Source: an uncultured Acidimicrobiaceae bacterium
GTDB taxonomy: Bacteria > Actinomycetota > Acidimicrobiia > Spongiisociales > UBA5794
Assembly: GCA_964347305.1 (NCBI GenBank)
Contig: CAYFYC010000004.1
Location: forward strand, 12,784-76,783
DNA: 64,000 nt
Direction: 5' to 3'
The translations under genes were made by a program, and so were the position numbers. Positions 28,443 to 38,734 of this stretch are shown one piece after another. Under the pieces are notes generated by a model, which saw only the letters and a program-made list of their open reading frames with translations, had not been told where the DNA came from and searched no databases. Each line of letters begins with the position of its first letter. Positions within the stretch are counted from its first letter, which is position 1.

Positions 28443-29497
28443 CTGCCATTCCCACGTATCGCTGGCAGCCGACGTCGGCCGAGATCGCCGCAGCCATCGG
28501 ACTCCCGGTCGACGCCGTCGTGCGTTTCGACCACAACACGTCCCCCATCTCGCCGGAATGGGCTCGCGAGATCGCTGCCCGCCAGGCCGCGACACTCAAC
28601 GAGTACCCGGGAGCCAGCTACCGAACGATTCGAGAGGCGGCGGCGCGCTACACCGGTCTCGCACCGGAGCAGATCATGCCGGGAGCCGGGGCGGACGAGC
28701 TGATCCTGCTCATCGGCAGGGCGCTGCTCGGGCCGGGGGCGACGACCATCGCGGCGACGCCCACCTATCCCCTCTACGAGATCTCCGCCGCCCAGGTGGG
28801 CGCTCGCTTCGTCGCGATCCCCGCCGAGCCGCCGTCGTTCGCATTTCCCGTGGACGACGTCATCGCGGCAGCCCGTGATGCCGACGTCGTGTGGCTCTGC
28901 GTTCCGTGGAACCCGATCGGAACCTCGCTCGACATCGCTGCCGTCGAGGCCATCGTGGCGGCGACCGATGGGCTCGTGGTGGTCGATGCGGCCTATGCGG
29001 AGTTCGACGAGAACCGCCCGGTGTGGAGCGCCGTGGTGGAGGCGCGTCACAACCTCGTCGTGCTCCGGACGCTGTCCAAGGGATTCGGACTGGCCGGCAT
29101 CCGGGTCGGCTACGCCATGGCCCACCCGAGCCTGGTTGCTGCGCTCGATGCGGTGCGCCCCCCGGGATCGATCGCCTCCATCTCGGTCGACCTGGCGGTG
29201 GCCGCACTCCAGGCGGCAGACGCCATGCGTGACAACGTCGCCTGGATCGTCGACCGGCGCAAGGAGTTGGGCGACGGCCTCCGCCGCCTGGGCCTGACCC
29301 CGATGCCCTCCACGACCAACTTCCTCCTGGCCCCTGTCGGCCCATCGGCCGCTGCCATCGCCGCCGACGCACGAGACGACGGGCTCGTCGTCCGGACCTT
29401 CGCCGACGGACCACTCGCCAACCATCTCCGTTTCACGGTGCGCACACCCGACGAGCACGATCGTCTCTTCTCGACGCTGCAAAGGAGCCTCGCATGA
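28439..29497 (+). CDS. hisC: Histidinol-phosphate aminotransferase
   Basis: FDHNTSP, YPGASY, VVVDAAYAEF, RTLSKGFGLAGIRVGYA (PLP Lys). ATGA overlap with hisD. Confidence 0.9.
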   Translation: MTAIPTYRWQPTSAEIAAAIGLPVDAVVRFDHNTSPISPEWAREIAARQAATLNEYPGASYRTIREAAARYTGLAPEQIMPGAGADELILLIGRALLGPGATTIAATPTYPLYEISAAQVGARFVAIPAEPPSFAFPVDDVIAAARDADVVWLCVPWNPIGTSLDIAAVEAIVAATDGLVVVDAAYAEFDENRPVWSAVVEARHNLVVLRTLSKGFGLAGIRVGYAMAHPSLVAALDAVRPPGSIASISVDLAVAALQAADAMRDNVAWIVDRRKELGDGLRRLGLTPMPSTTNFLLAPVGPSAAAIAADARDDGLVVRTFADGPLANHLRFTVRTPDEHDRLFSTLQRSLA

Positions 29498-30078
29498 GCC
29501 GGACAGCCAAGGTCACCCGATCGACCAACGAGACCGACGTTGTCGTCACGCTCGATCTCGATGGGTCGGGATCCGCTGCGATCGACACCGGAGTCGGCTT
29601 CTTCGATCACCTCCTGACCGCACTGGCTCATCACGGCATGTTCGATCTCGAGATTGCGACGAACGGCGACCTGGAGATCGACGAGCACCACACCGTCGAA
29701 GACACCGCGCTCGTGCTCGGCTCCGCATTCGCCGAGGCCCTCGGCGATCGCGCCGGCATCGTCCGGTACGGAAACGCGACCGTGCCGATGGACGAGGCAC
29801 TGGCGACTGCTGCCGTCGACGTCGGTGGCCGGCCCTATGCGGTGATCGACATCGAGCTGCGCACGGAGCGGATCGGGCAGCTCGGCACCCAGATGATCCC
29901 GCATGCGCTCGAGTCGCTCGCTCGCACCGCAGGCTTCACCGTCCACATCACGGCTCGAGGTCGCAACGACCACCACGTGGCCGAAGCAGCGATCAAAGCT
30001 CTGGCACGAGCGCTGCGAGCCGCCGTGGCCGACGATCCGAGACGCACCGGCGTTCCCTCGACCAAGGGCACCACGTGA
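29494..30078 (+). CDS. hisB: Imidazoleglycerol-phosphate dehydratase
   Basis: RSTNETDV, GVGFFDHLL, DEHHTVEDTALVLG, GRNDHHVAEAAIKALARAL. Confidence 0.93.
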   Translation: MSRTAKVTRSTNETDVVVTLDLDGSGSAAIDTGVGFFDHLLTALAHHGMFDLEIATNGDLEIDEHHTVEDTALVLGSAFAEALGDRAGIVRYGNATVPMDEALATAAVDVGGRPYAVIDIELRTERIGQLGTQMIPHALESLARTAGFTVHITARGRNDHHVAEAAIKALARALRAAVADDPRRTGVPSTKGTT

Positions 30079-30692
30079 GCCGGATCGCGGTCATCGACCA
30101 CGGGGCCGGGAACCTCGTCTCGATCGCCCAGGGTCTGCGACGTTCCGGGGCGGTCGTCGACATCGTCCACGAGCCGGGAGAGCTGCGCGATCCGGCCGGC
30201 ATCGTGCTCCCCGGCGTGGGGGCGACCGGCGCTGCGATGCGACGGCTCGCCGCATCCGGCTTCGTCGATTCGCTGCAACGGTGGGACGGGCCGCTGCTCG
30301 GCATCTGTGTCGGGCTGCAGCTCTTCTTCGACCGATCCGAGGAGGACGACGACGGCACGTGTCTCGGCCTGATTCCCGGCGTGGTCCGCCGTCTCTCCGG
30401 TGCTCCCCTGCTCCCCCACATCGGTTGGAACGACGTGGCGACGTCTGCCGACCCGATCTTCGACGGAGTCCCTGCGGGCAGCCCGTTCTACTTCGTGCAC
30501 TCGTTCGCACCGGTGCCCGAAGATCCTGCGGTGGTGATCGGCACGACCGACTACGGAGGCGAGATCGTCGCAGCCGTCCGGTCGGGGAATCGCGTGGGGG
30601 TGCAGTTCCATCCCGAGCGGTCCGCCGAGCTCGGTCTCCGCGTCCTCGGAAACTTCGTGGCCATCTGTGAGGAGTCGGCTCGTGCTGCGTAA
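30075..30692 (+). CDS. hisH: Imidazole glycerol phosphate synthase, glutaminase subunit
   Basis: [26 protein letters not shown] (catalytic Cys), VQFHPERS. Confidence 0.92.
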   Translation: MSRIAVIDHGAGNLVSIAQGLRRSGAVVDIVHEPGELRDPAGIVLPGVGATGAAMRRLAASGFVDSLQRWDGPLLGICVGLQLFFDRSEEDDDGTCLGLIPGVVRRLSGAPLLPHIGWNDVATSADPIFDGVPAGSPFYFVHSFAPVPEDPAVVIGTTDYGGEIVAAVRSGNRVGVQFHPERSAELGLRVLGNFVAICEESARAA

Positions 30693-31452
30693 GCGGGTCA
30701 TCCCGTGTCTCGACGTTCACGAGGGACGCGTCGTCAAGGGCGTGCGGTTCGTGGATCTCGTCGACGAGGGCGATCCGGTCGAGTTGGCCGAGCGGTATGT
30801 CGCCGAAGGCGCCGACGAGATCTGCTTCCTCGACATCACGGCATCGCACGAGGACCGCGACACGATGCTCGACGTGGTGCGGCGCACTGCGGAGAACGTG
30901 TTCGTGCCGCTGACGGTGGGCGGCGGGATCCGCAGCGCCGACGACATGCGAGCCGCCCTGCGCGCAGGAGCGGACAAGGTGTCCGTGAACTCGGCCGCAG
31001 TGGCACGACCGGCGCTCATCGACGAATGCGCCCGTGAGTTCGGCCGGCAGTGTGTCGTGCTCGCCATCGATGCCAAGCGGAGGGCAGACGGCTCGGGGTG
31101 GGACGTGTACACACACGGGGGACGTCACAACACGAACATCGACGCCGTCGAGTGGGCCGCCGAAGGAGCCAGACGTGGTGCCGGCGAGATCCTGCTCACC
31201 TCCATGGACCGCGACGGCACATATGCGGGCTACGACATCGAATTGCTGCGCGCAGTGCGCGCCGCCACCACGATCCCCGTCATCGCCTCCGGTGGAGCAG
31301 GGACCATCGACCATTGCATCGAGGCGCTCGGCGACGACCGCGCCGACGCCGTGCTCGCGGCCTCGATCTTCCACCGGCGCGAGATCGAGATCGCCGATCT
31401 GAAACGAGGGCTCGCCGCAGCAGGCGTGCCGGTCAGGGAACCGTTGGCATGA
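30682..31452 (+). CDS. hisF: Imidazole glycerol phosphate synthase, cyclase subunit
   Basis: [36 protein letters not shown]. The start may be the GTG at 30682 or the one at 30667; both overlap the end of hisH. Confidence 0.92.
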   Translation: MLRKRVIPCLDVHEGRVVKGVRFVDLVDEGDPVELAERYVAEGADEICFLDITASHEDRDTMLDVVRRTAENVFVPLTVGGGIRSADDMRAALRAGADKVSVNSAAVARPALIDECAREFGRQCVVLAIDAKRRADGSGWDVYTHGGRHNTNIDAVEWAAEGARRGAGEILLTSMDRDGTYAGYDIELLRAVRAATTIPVIASGGAGTIDHCIEALGDDRADAVLAASIFHRREIEIADLKRGLAAAGVPVREPLA

Positions 31453-32084
31453 TCGATCCGTCCAGCGTGAAGTTCGACGATCGGGGGCTGGTGACGGCCG
31501 TCGTCCAGGATGACAGCACCGGAGCCGTGCTCATGGTCGCCTCCATGAATCCAGAGGCTCTCGAGGCGACCCGGCGAACCGGGCGGGTCACGTTCTGGAG
31601 CCGGAGCCGCGAAGAGCTGTGGGAAAAGGGCGCCACCAGCGGAAACGTCCTCCACCTCGTCGACATCACCGAGGACTGTGACGGGGACGCCCTCCTCATC
31701 CAAGCCACCCCGGCGGGTCCGACGTGTCACACCGGCACCGTGTCGTGCTTCGGCGACCGTGCGTTACAGGGCTTCGCTGCGCTCGAGCAGCTCTGGGATG
31801 TGATCTCGACCCGGGTCACGGAACGACCCGAGGGCTCGTACACGGTGCGGCTGGTGGAGGAGGGTCCGGAGGGCCCGGGACGCAAGATCGTGGAGGAGTC
31901 GACCGAGGTGCTCCTTGCGATGAAGGACCACGCGGCCGGGACCGCGAACGACGCCCGCGTCGCCGAGGAGGCCGCCGACCTGATCTACCACCTCATGGTG
32001 GGGCTGGCCGAGCGCGCCGTCGATCCCGCGATGGTCGTTGCCGAGCTGAAGAGGCGGGCCCGGCCGGCCGACGCGACCGGCTAG
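31449..32084 (+). CDS. hisIE: Bifunctional phosphoribosyl-AMP cyclohydrolase / phosphoribosyl-ATP pyrophosphatase
   Basis: [39 protein letters not shown] and CHTGTVSCF form the HisI part. [28 protein letters not shown] forms the HisE part. ATGA overlap with hisF. Confidence 0.9.
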   Translation: MIDPSSVKFDDRGLVTAVVQDDSTGAVLMVASMNPEALEATRRTGRVTFWSRSREELWEKGATSGNVLHLVDITEDCDGDALLIQATPAGPTCHTGTVSCFGDRALQGFAALEQLWDVISTRVTERPEGSYTVRLVEEGPEGPGRKIVEESTEVLLAMKDHAAGTANDARVAEEAADLIYHLMVGLAERAVDPAMVVAELKRRARPADATG

Positions 32085-33316
32085 CCCCTCGTCTCTGCGC
32101 TTCGATCGACGACCCACACATCGCCGACGTTCGTACCCGTCGGTCCGGTGACCACGGTCGCCCCGATCGCATCGAGCACCGTGTGCGAGTCGTGACGGCG
32201 GAGGGCGCCCTCCGCATCGCCACCGACTCGCCGCACCGCATCCACCGTTCGCCCATCGACGATCGCTCCCGCAGCCGTCGAATTGCCGTCTCTGCCGTCG
32301 GTCCCGATCGTGGCGAACCTGATGGACGTGCCGACGATCGACAGCGCGGCCAGCAGTGCGGCGTGCTGGTTCCTCCCTCCTCTGCCGTCACCGGTGACCC
32401 TCACCGTCGTCTCTCCGGCCAGGATCCCGACGGTTCCCGGCGGAGTCGACGCCAGCGCCCATCTCACGGCCTCCGTCACGTCGCCCCGCAGCGTCTCGGT
32501 GAGGACTGCCGCATGCGCTCCCGCCGCATCCGCCCGGCGCATCACCGCCCTGGCAGCCACACCACCGTCCGCCGCGACGACGAACCCGCCCCGCTTGACC
32601 TGCGCCGGCGTGCCGGCGACTGCGGGCAGGACGACGCCGTACCGATCGGCGACCTGCACCGCAGCCTCGGGACCGGCGGGATCGGGGACGGTCGGGCCCG
32701 ACGCGATCGCGATCGGAGCCGAACCGACGACATCGGAGATCGCAATCGTGACATGGGGGCCTCGGAGCGCCGCCGCCAGACCCCCACCCTTGAGCGCCGA
32801 GAGGTGACGTCGGATCGTGTTGATCTCCTCGATGTCGGCGCCGCAACGGAGCAGCCGTTCGGTGATGCCGGCGATGTCGCCCAGGGTCACACCCTCCCGG
32901 GGGACCTCCGCCAACGACGATCCTCCCCCGGACACGAGGACCACCGTCGGTACGTCGTGCGGCAGGAGCGCCGCTGCAGCGAGAAGGCGATGTCCGGCGA
33001 TGACGGAACGCACGTCGGGGACGGGATGGCTGCCATGGATCGTGACGATGCCGCGGAGACGGCTCGCTCCCGCATGCGTGATCTCGAGCCCGTGGAGCGT
33101 GACGTCCGGAAGTGCCGCACGCAGACCTCGCACCATTCCCGGCGCAGCTTTGCCGAGTGCCAACACCGCAACGTGCTCGGCGATCGGGAACGGGTGATCA
33201 CCGACCTGGAGACGGTCCGGCGTCCCGGTCACGACGGCGGCGACGGCCCGAGCCGGGTCAGCGGCGTGGACGGCCGCCATGAGGAGCGACCTGAGATCGG
33301 GGAGCGACTCCACCAC
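32081..33316 (-). CDS. Glycerate 2-kinase (GckA/TtuD, DUF4147 + MOFRL)
   Basis: VAVLALGKAAPGM, VLVSGGGSSL, ILAGETTVRVTGDGRGGRNQHAALLAA, GTDGRDG. Confidence 0.85.
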   Translation of the reverse strand: MVESLPDLRSLLMAAVHAADPARAVAAVVTGTPDRLQVGDHPFPIAEHVAVLALGKAAPGMVRGLRAALPDVTLHGLEITHAGASRLRGIVTIHGSHPVPDVRSVIAGHRLLAAAALLPHDVPTVVLVSGGGSSLAEVPREGVTLGDIAGITERLLRCGADIEEINTIRRHLSALKGGGLAAALRGPHVTIAISDVVGSAPIAIASGPTVPDPAGPEAAVQVADRYGVVLPAVAGTPAQVKRGGFVVAADGGVAARAVMRRADAAGAHAAVLTETLRGDVTEAVRWALASTPPGTVGILAGETTVRVTGDGRGGRNQHAALLAALSIVGTSIRFATIGTDGRDGNSTAAGAIVDGRTVDAVRRVGGDAEGALRRHDSHTVLDAIGATVVTGPTGTNVGDVWVVDRSAETRG

Positions 33317-34732
33317 CTAGGCGCGCGTCGAGGCGAGCGACTCGATCCGGGTTGCCTGGATCACGGCTTGCGGGTTCTGGCTGGTGGCGAGACGGGTGTG
33401 CTCGCGGATCAGGTCGACGTCCGGGATGTTGCCTCGCTCGTTCGAGCCCGAGATGTAATCGGGCGGGATGAAGCGCAACGTGACGATCTCGTCGGTGCGC
33501 ACCTTCCTCGCAAGCTCGACGAAGTCCACGAGACGGGACCGCGGGATGTCGGTGCGCAGCGAGTCCTGGAGCACGTCGGCGAGATCCGGATACGCCCTGA
33601 TGAACTCGAGAGGACTGCTCTGCTCGATGACCGCCTCCAGCACACACCGTTGTCGCTGCATTCGGGCGTAGTCGTTGGCGTTGCGGCGGATCCGCGCATA
33701 CGCCAGCGCCATGTGCCCGTCGAACTCGTTGGGACCGACCGGGATGTCGATGTACTCACGGTCGACGCCGTTCTCGTGCGGATACGACTCGTCGACGATG
33801 TTGAACTGCACGTCGACGACCACCCCGCCGAGCGCGTCGACCACGCCGACGAACCCCTCGAGCGTGACGAGCGCGTAGTAGTGGATGTCGAGATCCAGCA
33901 GATGCCCGATTCCGGCCTTGACGGCGTTGACCTCGGGCTCCTGCGGACCCGGGAAGGCCGCCGGGCTCTCGATCCCGGCGATGTAGAGGTCGTTGAGGAG
34001 CCGGGGGAAGCAGTCGCACTCCCACGCTCCGTAGCCCTCCGGAAGCGGCACGTTGACCATGTTGCGCGGGATGCTGAACATCGCCGTGTCCCCGGTCACC
34101 GGGTCGATCGACACCACGATCATGGTGTCGGTGCGGATCTCGCGACGACCCGACCCCGAGTCGCCGCCGAGCAAGAGGATGTTCAACCGGTCCAGCCCGT
34201 CCCAGATCGGGGGACCTTCCGCCACCGGGAAGGTGGTCGTGGTCGAGCCTGCGGAACCGGGATCCTGGACCGGCGGTGTCGTCGTCGTGGCTCCCGAGGC
34301 GATGTCCTCGTCGGCGAAGACGTCGAGAACGTCGTACTGGATCAGCGCGTAGCGGCCGAGCACGACATGTGGCAGCAACACGAGGGCCACGACCGCCACC
34401 GCTCCCCCCACGAACGCCGCCACCCCGGCGCGTTCCGTGGAACCCGCGAGCCGGGCCGCATCGTCTGCGGCCCAGACCCGGTACGCCAGAACCACGATGT
34501 TGGCGATGAGGAGCGACCCCACCCCCGCCACGGTGAGTCCAAGCTCCAGGAGCAGCCGCTCGTCGGTCGCGACGAGCAGCGCGATCACGACGAGGAACAG
34601 ATCGACGCCGACGAGCACGAAACCGCGCTGCCTGGCCCCGGCATAGAGCTGACCGGTCCCCGGCGCGATCGCCGAAAGGACTGCAGCGAGAAACGCCGAA
34701 CGCACCGGCGGTTCGGGAGGCTGATCCACCAT
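33317..34732 (-). CDS. LytR-CpsA-Psr (LCP) family cell-envelope phosphotransferase with a multi-TM N-terminus
   Basis: LNILLLGGDSGSGRREIRTDTMIVVSIDPVTGDTAMFSIPRN and ALAYARIRR are LCP motifs. The start is set at MVDQPPEPP because the upstream part of the track ORF overlaps the divergent TlpA gene. Confidence 0.85.
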   Translation of the reverse strand: MVDQPPEPPVRSAFLAAVLSAIAPGTGQLYAGARQRGFVLVGVDLFLVVIALLVATDERLLLELGLTVAGVGSLLIANIVVLAYRVWAADDAARLAGSTERAGVAAFVGGAVAVVALVLLPHVVLGRYALIQYDVLDVFADEDIASGATTTTPPVQDPGSAGSTTTTFPVAEGPPIWDGLDRLNILLLGGDSGSGRREIRTDTMIVVSIDPVTGDTAMFSIPRNMVNVPLPEGYGAWECDCFPRLLNDLYIAGIESPAAFPGPQEPEVNAVKAGIGHLLDLDIHYYALVTLEGFVGVVDALGGVVVDVQFNIVDESYPHENGVDREYIDIPVGPNEFDGHMALAYARIRRNANDYARMQRQRCVLEAVIEQSSPLEFIRAYPDLADVLQDSLRTDIPRSRLVDFVELARKVRTDEIVTLRFIPPDYISGSNERGNIPDVDLIREHTRLATSQNPQAVIQATRIESLASTRA

Positions 34733-34822
34733 GGCGGAGGATGGTACCCCGGCCCGCCCGGATCGGTGCCGGCCGCATCGATCCCCGGCGTCGACACGGT
34801 GGGTGACCCATAGACTGCTCTC

Positions 34823-35326
34823 GTGCGCCGTGTCCGCTTCCTCGCCGTATCCGTCTTCGCCCTCGCGGCCTTGCTCGCCTCTTGCGGTCGAGCGTCCGTC
34901 GACGTCGACCTGGTCCCCGAGCTGCCCACGGCCGATCTCGAGACCATCGAGGAGCAGCTCGCCGGCTCGAGCCGGCCCGTGGTGCTCAACGTCTGGGCGT
35001 CGTGGTGCATCCCTTGCCGGTCCGAAGCGCCGCTGCTCGACGCCGCCGCGGTGGCCTTTCGCGACCAGGTGCGTTTCGTCGGGCTCAACGTCCGAGACAG
35101 CCAGCTCGATGCACGCGAGTTCATCGCCGAGTTCCTCGCCGATTCCCCGATCGAGCACTTCCACGATCGCAATGGTGCGATTCCGCCGGCCATCGGCGGC
35201 AACATCGGCGTCCCCCTCACGTTCTTCTTCACAGCTGGTGGCGAGCTCCAGCACCTCCACACCGGCGTGATCGACGAGCGCGGACTCGCCTTCTTCATCG
35301 ACGAGCTGCTCGCCGGGGCCGGCTGA
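34823..35326 (+). CDS. TlpA/ResA-like thioredoxin-fold lipoprotein (WCxxC)
   Basis: Lipobox LLASCG and the redox motif VLNVWASWCIPCRSEAP. Confidence 0.8.
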   Translation: MRRVRFLAVSVFALAALLASCGRASVDVDLVPELPTADLETIEEQLAGSSRPVVLNVWASWCIPCRSEAPLLDAAAVAFRDQVRFVGLNVRDSQLDAREFIAEFLADSPIEHFHDRNGAIPPAIGGNIGVPLTFFFTAGGELQHLHTGVIDERGLAFFIDELLAGAG

Positions 35327-36030
35327 TGGAATTCACCCTGCTCGGGGCGGCGCTCGCTGCCGCCGTCGCACTCAACCTCGGCATCAGATGGGACGCCGTC
35401 AGGGCAAACGCCGCCGACTGCGTGCGTGAGCACTGGGATCGAGCGATCGCCGCTGCGGTGAGCGGCGTCTTCGCCGGGAGGATCGTCGCCATGATCCTCG
35501 ACGGCGTCAGCCCCTTCAGCCGCGATCTCATCATCGTGAGAGCCGGAGTCGACACGGTCGGCGCCACCATCGCCGCCATCGCCGTCGTGGCGTGGCTGGG
35601 CCGTCACGACCTCGCCGTTGCCCTGGACGGCCTCTCCGCCGCCGCTCTCTTCGGACTGGCCGGCTGGCATGCCGGATGCCTGGTCCGCGACGCCTGTCTG
35701 GGGACGGTCACGGATCTGCCGTGGGGCATCGTGGCGTCGTCCTCGTCCGTCGCCCGGCACCCCGTCGAGCTCTACGCAGCAGCTCTCTTGCTCGCGGCCG
35801 CCTTCCTGCTCTCGTGGCTGCGGTCCAGGGCTGCGCTCGCACCGTTCGGGGCCGCGGCGTTGGCGCTGGCCGCAGCGGGTGCGATTCGGTTACTCACCCA
35901 GCCGATGCGACTGTCACTCGGTGGTGGGCCCATGGCGTGGTACGTCCTGGCGGTGATCGTCGGTGCCGGTGGGGCCGCCATCGCCCGCACCCGGTTCAGC
36001 TCCGGCGCTTCCGGCGCAACAGCTGACTGA
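35326..36030 (+). CDS. Short Lgt-family (prolipoprotein diacylglyceryl transferase-like) membrane protein
   Basis: TDLPWGIV......ARHPVELYAA resembles the Lgt TDxPWG...RHPxQLYE block. Multi-TM. The ATG overlaps the TlpA stop (TGATG). Confidence 0.5.
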   Translation: MEFTLLGAALAAAVALNLGIRWDAVRANAADCVREHWDRAIAAAVSGVFAGRIVAMILDGVSPFSRDLIIVRAGVDTVGATIAAIAVVAWLGRHDLAVALDGLSAAALFGLAGWHAGCLVRDACLGTVTDLPWGIVASSSSVARHPVELYAAALLLAAAFLLSWLRSRAALAPFGAAALALAAAGAIRLLTQPMRLSLGGGPMAWYVLAVIVGAGGAAIARTRFSSGASGATAD

Positions 36031-38734
36031 GCGTCTCCTCCTCGGGGAGCATCTCCCGGCGGCCGGCCTCGTCGGCGTCCGGCACAGGAGCCGCGGTCTC
36101 CTCGTCGCCTCCGAGCTGCACGGGATCGTCGGTGGCGATGGCCTCGACCCGCCGCGGTGCCCGGGTCAGGGTCTTGCGCCACTCGGCGACATCGCCCCTC
36201 GCCACGATGATCCTCCGCAGGGCGACGTCGGCCATGAACAGGGCAAGCGCGAGCGCTGCGAGCAGCGGCCAGAGCTCCGATGTGGCAGATCCTCGATTGG
36301 GAGTGAGATCGAATGCCTGGATCGGGAGCGGGTCGACCCGGCCGTCCGTGACCTCGGCCACGTCTGCGGCGAGATCGTCGTTGGGGTCGCTCAGCGCGAA
36401 CTCGCGGGCGTAGCCGGAGACCACTCCGTTGCTGCCACCTGCCACCAGGCCGGTCGGTGTCTCCACCCGCACCGCGACCCATTGGGCGCCGGCCTCCTCG
36501 ATCGGCACCCGAGCCTCGAACCGTGTCTCCGTGGATCGCTGCATCGGGACCTGGACGACATCACCATCCGACGACCGGATCTGGGCGACGCCGACGGCGT
36601 CGAGGGGCGCCTCCGCGTCGAACGTGATCTCGAGGAACCCGCCGTCGATGCGCACGGAGGGTGGGGCTTCGCGCCCGGGTGGCAACACGTCGGCGACGAC
36701 GGCGCCCCAGAACTCTACGAAGCCGTCCCACTCGACCCAATCGGCGGACCACCGAACGGTTGCATCGGAGGTCCAGGTGCTGGCCCTGCCGAGGCCTCGC
36801 TGCCACGTGGCGAGCAGCGGGTCGCCCGGTCCGATCTCGAGCGGCAGGCTGGCGGTCGCCTTCGGACGCGTGAGCACATAGCCGCGCAGCGGCGGCGTGG
36901 CCGTCAGACCCGCGGTCACCTGTGAGGCGGCCCCGAGGGCGGGGACGAAGGCGCCCTCGGCGATGAGCGGCCGAGCGACACGCAGGGTCTCCTCCACGAA
37001 GATCTCGGGGATACTCTGCAGATCGCGGCCCGGGTAGTACTGACCTCCGCCCAGGGCAGCAGTGCGACGCAGGGCGTCTCCGGTGCCCTCACCCGTGCCC
37101 AGGACCGACAGGGTGATCCCGGCTTGGGCCACCTCGCGCGCGGCCTCGAACAGATCTGGATCGTCCCCCCAGCCGTCGGTGAACAGCACGATGTGCTTGA
37201 TCTCCTCGGGAGCGTTCTTCAGTTCCTCGAGCGCGGCCCGCAACGCAGGCGAGATCTCGGTGTCCCCCTGTGGCGTGAGCGTCGCGAGCGCAGCCTCGAT
37301 GGTGGCCTGATCGGGTTTCACCCCGAGGGGCAGGGCCCAGCGCGTACCCGACGTGAAGGCGAGGACGCCGACTCGGTCCTGATCCTGGAGCGCATCGATG
37401 GCCAGCGCCGCACCGGCCCGTGAGATGTCGGTCTTGTTGATCCCACCCTGCTCGGACGGATCGTGATCTCCGCCACTCCCACAGTGACAATCGGCCATCG
37501 AACCCGACGTGTCGATGACCAGCACCTCGGCCACCGGCTGACGGCGCAGGAGATCGTCGGGATCCGAGGTCACCGGCAACAGCGCTTCGAGGGGACCGTC
37601 CTGGTAGCCACCGAGCCCGAATGCCTGGTCTCCCCCGACCACGACGAGACCTCTGCCGAAGTCCTCGACGAAGGAGGCGAGGTCGTTGGTCTGCTCATCG
37701 GGTGGCGAGGCGACGTTGACCAACACGACACCGTCGAATCCGATCAGCTCGTCGGCAGTCGGGATGTTGGTGAAGCGTGACACCTCCACACCTGCTGCGG
37801 TGAGCGCTCGAGCCAGGTCGTCTGCCTCTCCCAACCGTCCTTCCACCACTGCGACCTGTGCGGGACCGAGAACCCGCACGATGGCCTGACCGGTGTCGTT
37901 CTGCGGCACGCGATCTCCTACGGCGTCGACGCTCGCGGTCACGACCATGGCCCCCGCCTCGGTGGCGGGAACCGTGAAGCCGACCGTGTTCACGCCGGGC
38001 TCGAGTGTCGCGGTCACTCGCTGGACGACGCCATCGACGTCGAGGGAGATCGTCGCCTCCCCGGAGAGCGTCGAGGTCACCTCGACCTCGATGTCGACCT
38101 CGTCGCCGATCCGGGCGGTCGTGGGAGCATCGACCGCCGTCACCAGCGCGTCCGCGGTGCGCCCGGTGTCGAGGACGACGACGTCGACCGAGACCCCGGC
38201 GTCGGCCAACTCTGCGGCCGCCGCCCTGGCGTTCCCGAGCGTCTCCACTGCGTCGGTGAGCACGATGATCCGTCGCGAGCCTTCCGTGGGAAGGATGGCC
38301 GCTCCACCGCGGAGCGCGGCGGCGAGATCCGTGGCGGACTCGTCGACGACGGTCCTCGCACCGGTGTACACCACGTTCTCGCTGAGTGCCGTGTCGAGGC
38401 GAAGCTCCGCACCGAACACGCCGACGGCGAGCCGGTCACGAGGTCCGGCACCGGCTGCAGCGTCTCGCACGTAGGCGTCCTGGGCCTGGCGCACGTCTGT
38501 CGTCACGGATGCAGATCGGTCCAGGAGGAACAACACGGCGCGGTCGCTCGACGTACGAACGAGGCCCGGCCCTGCGAGGGACAGCGCGATGAGTACCACG
38601 CCGGCGACACGCATGCCCACGGCGATCCGATGTTGCCGCAGCGGCACGGCGCGGCGGCCATGCCGGGCGACGTAGAGGACCACCGGTAGGGCAACCACGA
38701 GGACGAGCAGGAACAGCGGTCTGGCCAGCGTCAT
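35996..38734 (-). CDS. Large membrane-anchored protein with two von Willebrand factor A domains (BatB-like, extended)
   Basis: N-terminal TM followed by VLFLLDRSASVT (MIDAS 1), a second VLVIDTSGSMADC (MIDAS 2), and a C-terminal TM LWPLLAALALALFMADVAL. The ATG at 38734 overlaps the upstream stop (ATGA). Confidence 0.8.
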   Translation of the reverse strand: MTLARPLFLLVLVVALPVVLYVARHGRRAVPLRQHRIAVGMRVAGVVLIALSLAGPGLVRTSSDRAVLFLLDRSASVTTDVRQAQDAYVRDAAAGAGPRDRLAVGVFGAELRLDTALSENVVYTGARTVVDESATDLAAALRGGAAILPTEGSRRIIVLTDAVETLGNARAAAAELADAGVSVDVVVLDTGRTADALVTAVDAPTTARIGDEVDIEVEVTSTLSGEATISLDVDGVVQRVTATLEPGVNTVGFTVPATEAGAMVVTASVDAVGDRVPQNDTGQAIVRVLGPAQVAVVEGRLGEADDLARALTAAGVEVSRFTNIPTADELIGFDGVVLVNVASPPDEQTNDLASFVEDFGRGLVVVGGDQAFGLGGYQDGPLEALLPVTSDPDDLLRRQPVAEVLVIDTSGSMADCHCGSGGDHDPSEQGGINKTDISRAGAALAIDALQDQDRVGVLAFTSGTRWALPLGVKPDQATIEAALATLTPQGDTEISPALRAALEELKNAPEEIKHIVLFTDGWGDDPDLFEAAREVAQAGITLSVLGTGEGTGDALRRTAALGGGQYYPGRDLQSIPEIFVEETLRVARPLIAEGAFVPALGAASQVTAGLTATPPLRGYVLTRPKATASLPLEIGPGDPLLATWQRGLGRASTWTSDATVRWSADWVEWDGFVEFWGAVVADVLPPGREAPPSVRIDGGFLEITFDAEAPLDAVGVAQIRSSDGDVVQVPMQRSTETRFEARVPIEEAGAQWVAVRVETPTGLVAGGSNGVVSGYAREFALSDPNDDLAADVAEVTDGRVDPLPIQAFDLTPNRGSATSELWPLLAALALALFMADVALRRIIVARGDVAEWRKTLTRAPRRVEAIATDDPVQLGGDEETAAPVPDADEAGRREMLPEEETLSQLLRRKRRS

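Noticed and set aside
31724-34813. 1029-aa plus-strand ORF
   Set aside because: It is antisense to the glycerate kinase and LCP genes, both of which have strong family motifs. It starts inside hisIE in another frame and has an Arg/Asp/Gly/His-rich composition.
34733-35260. N-terminal extension of the LCP ORF
   Set aside because: It overlaps the divergent TlpA-like gene and lacks membrane or LCP features. The Met at 34732 gives a typical cytoplasmic-tail-plus-TM start.
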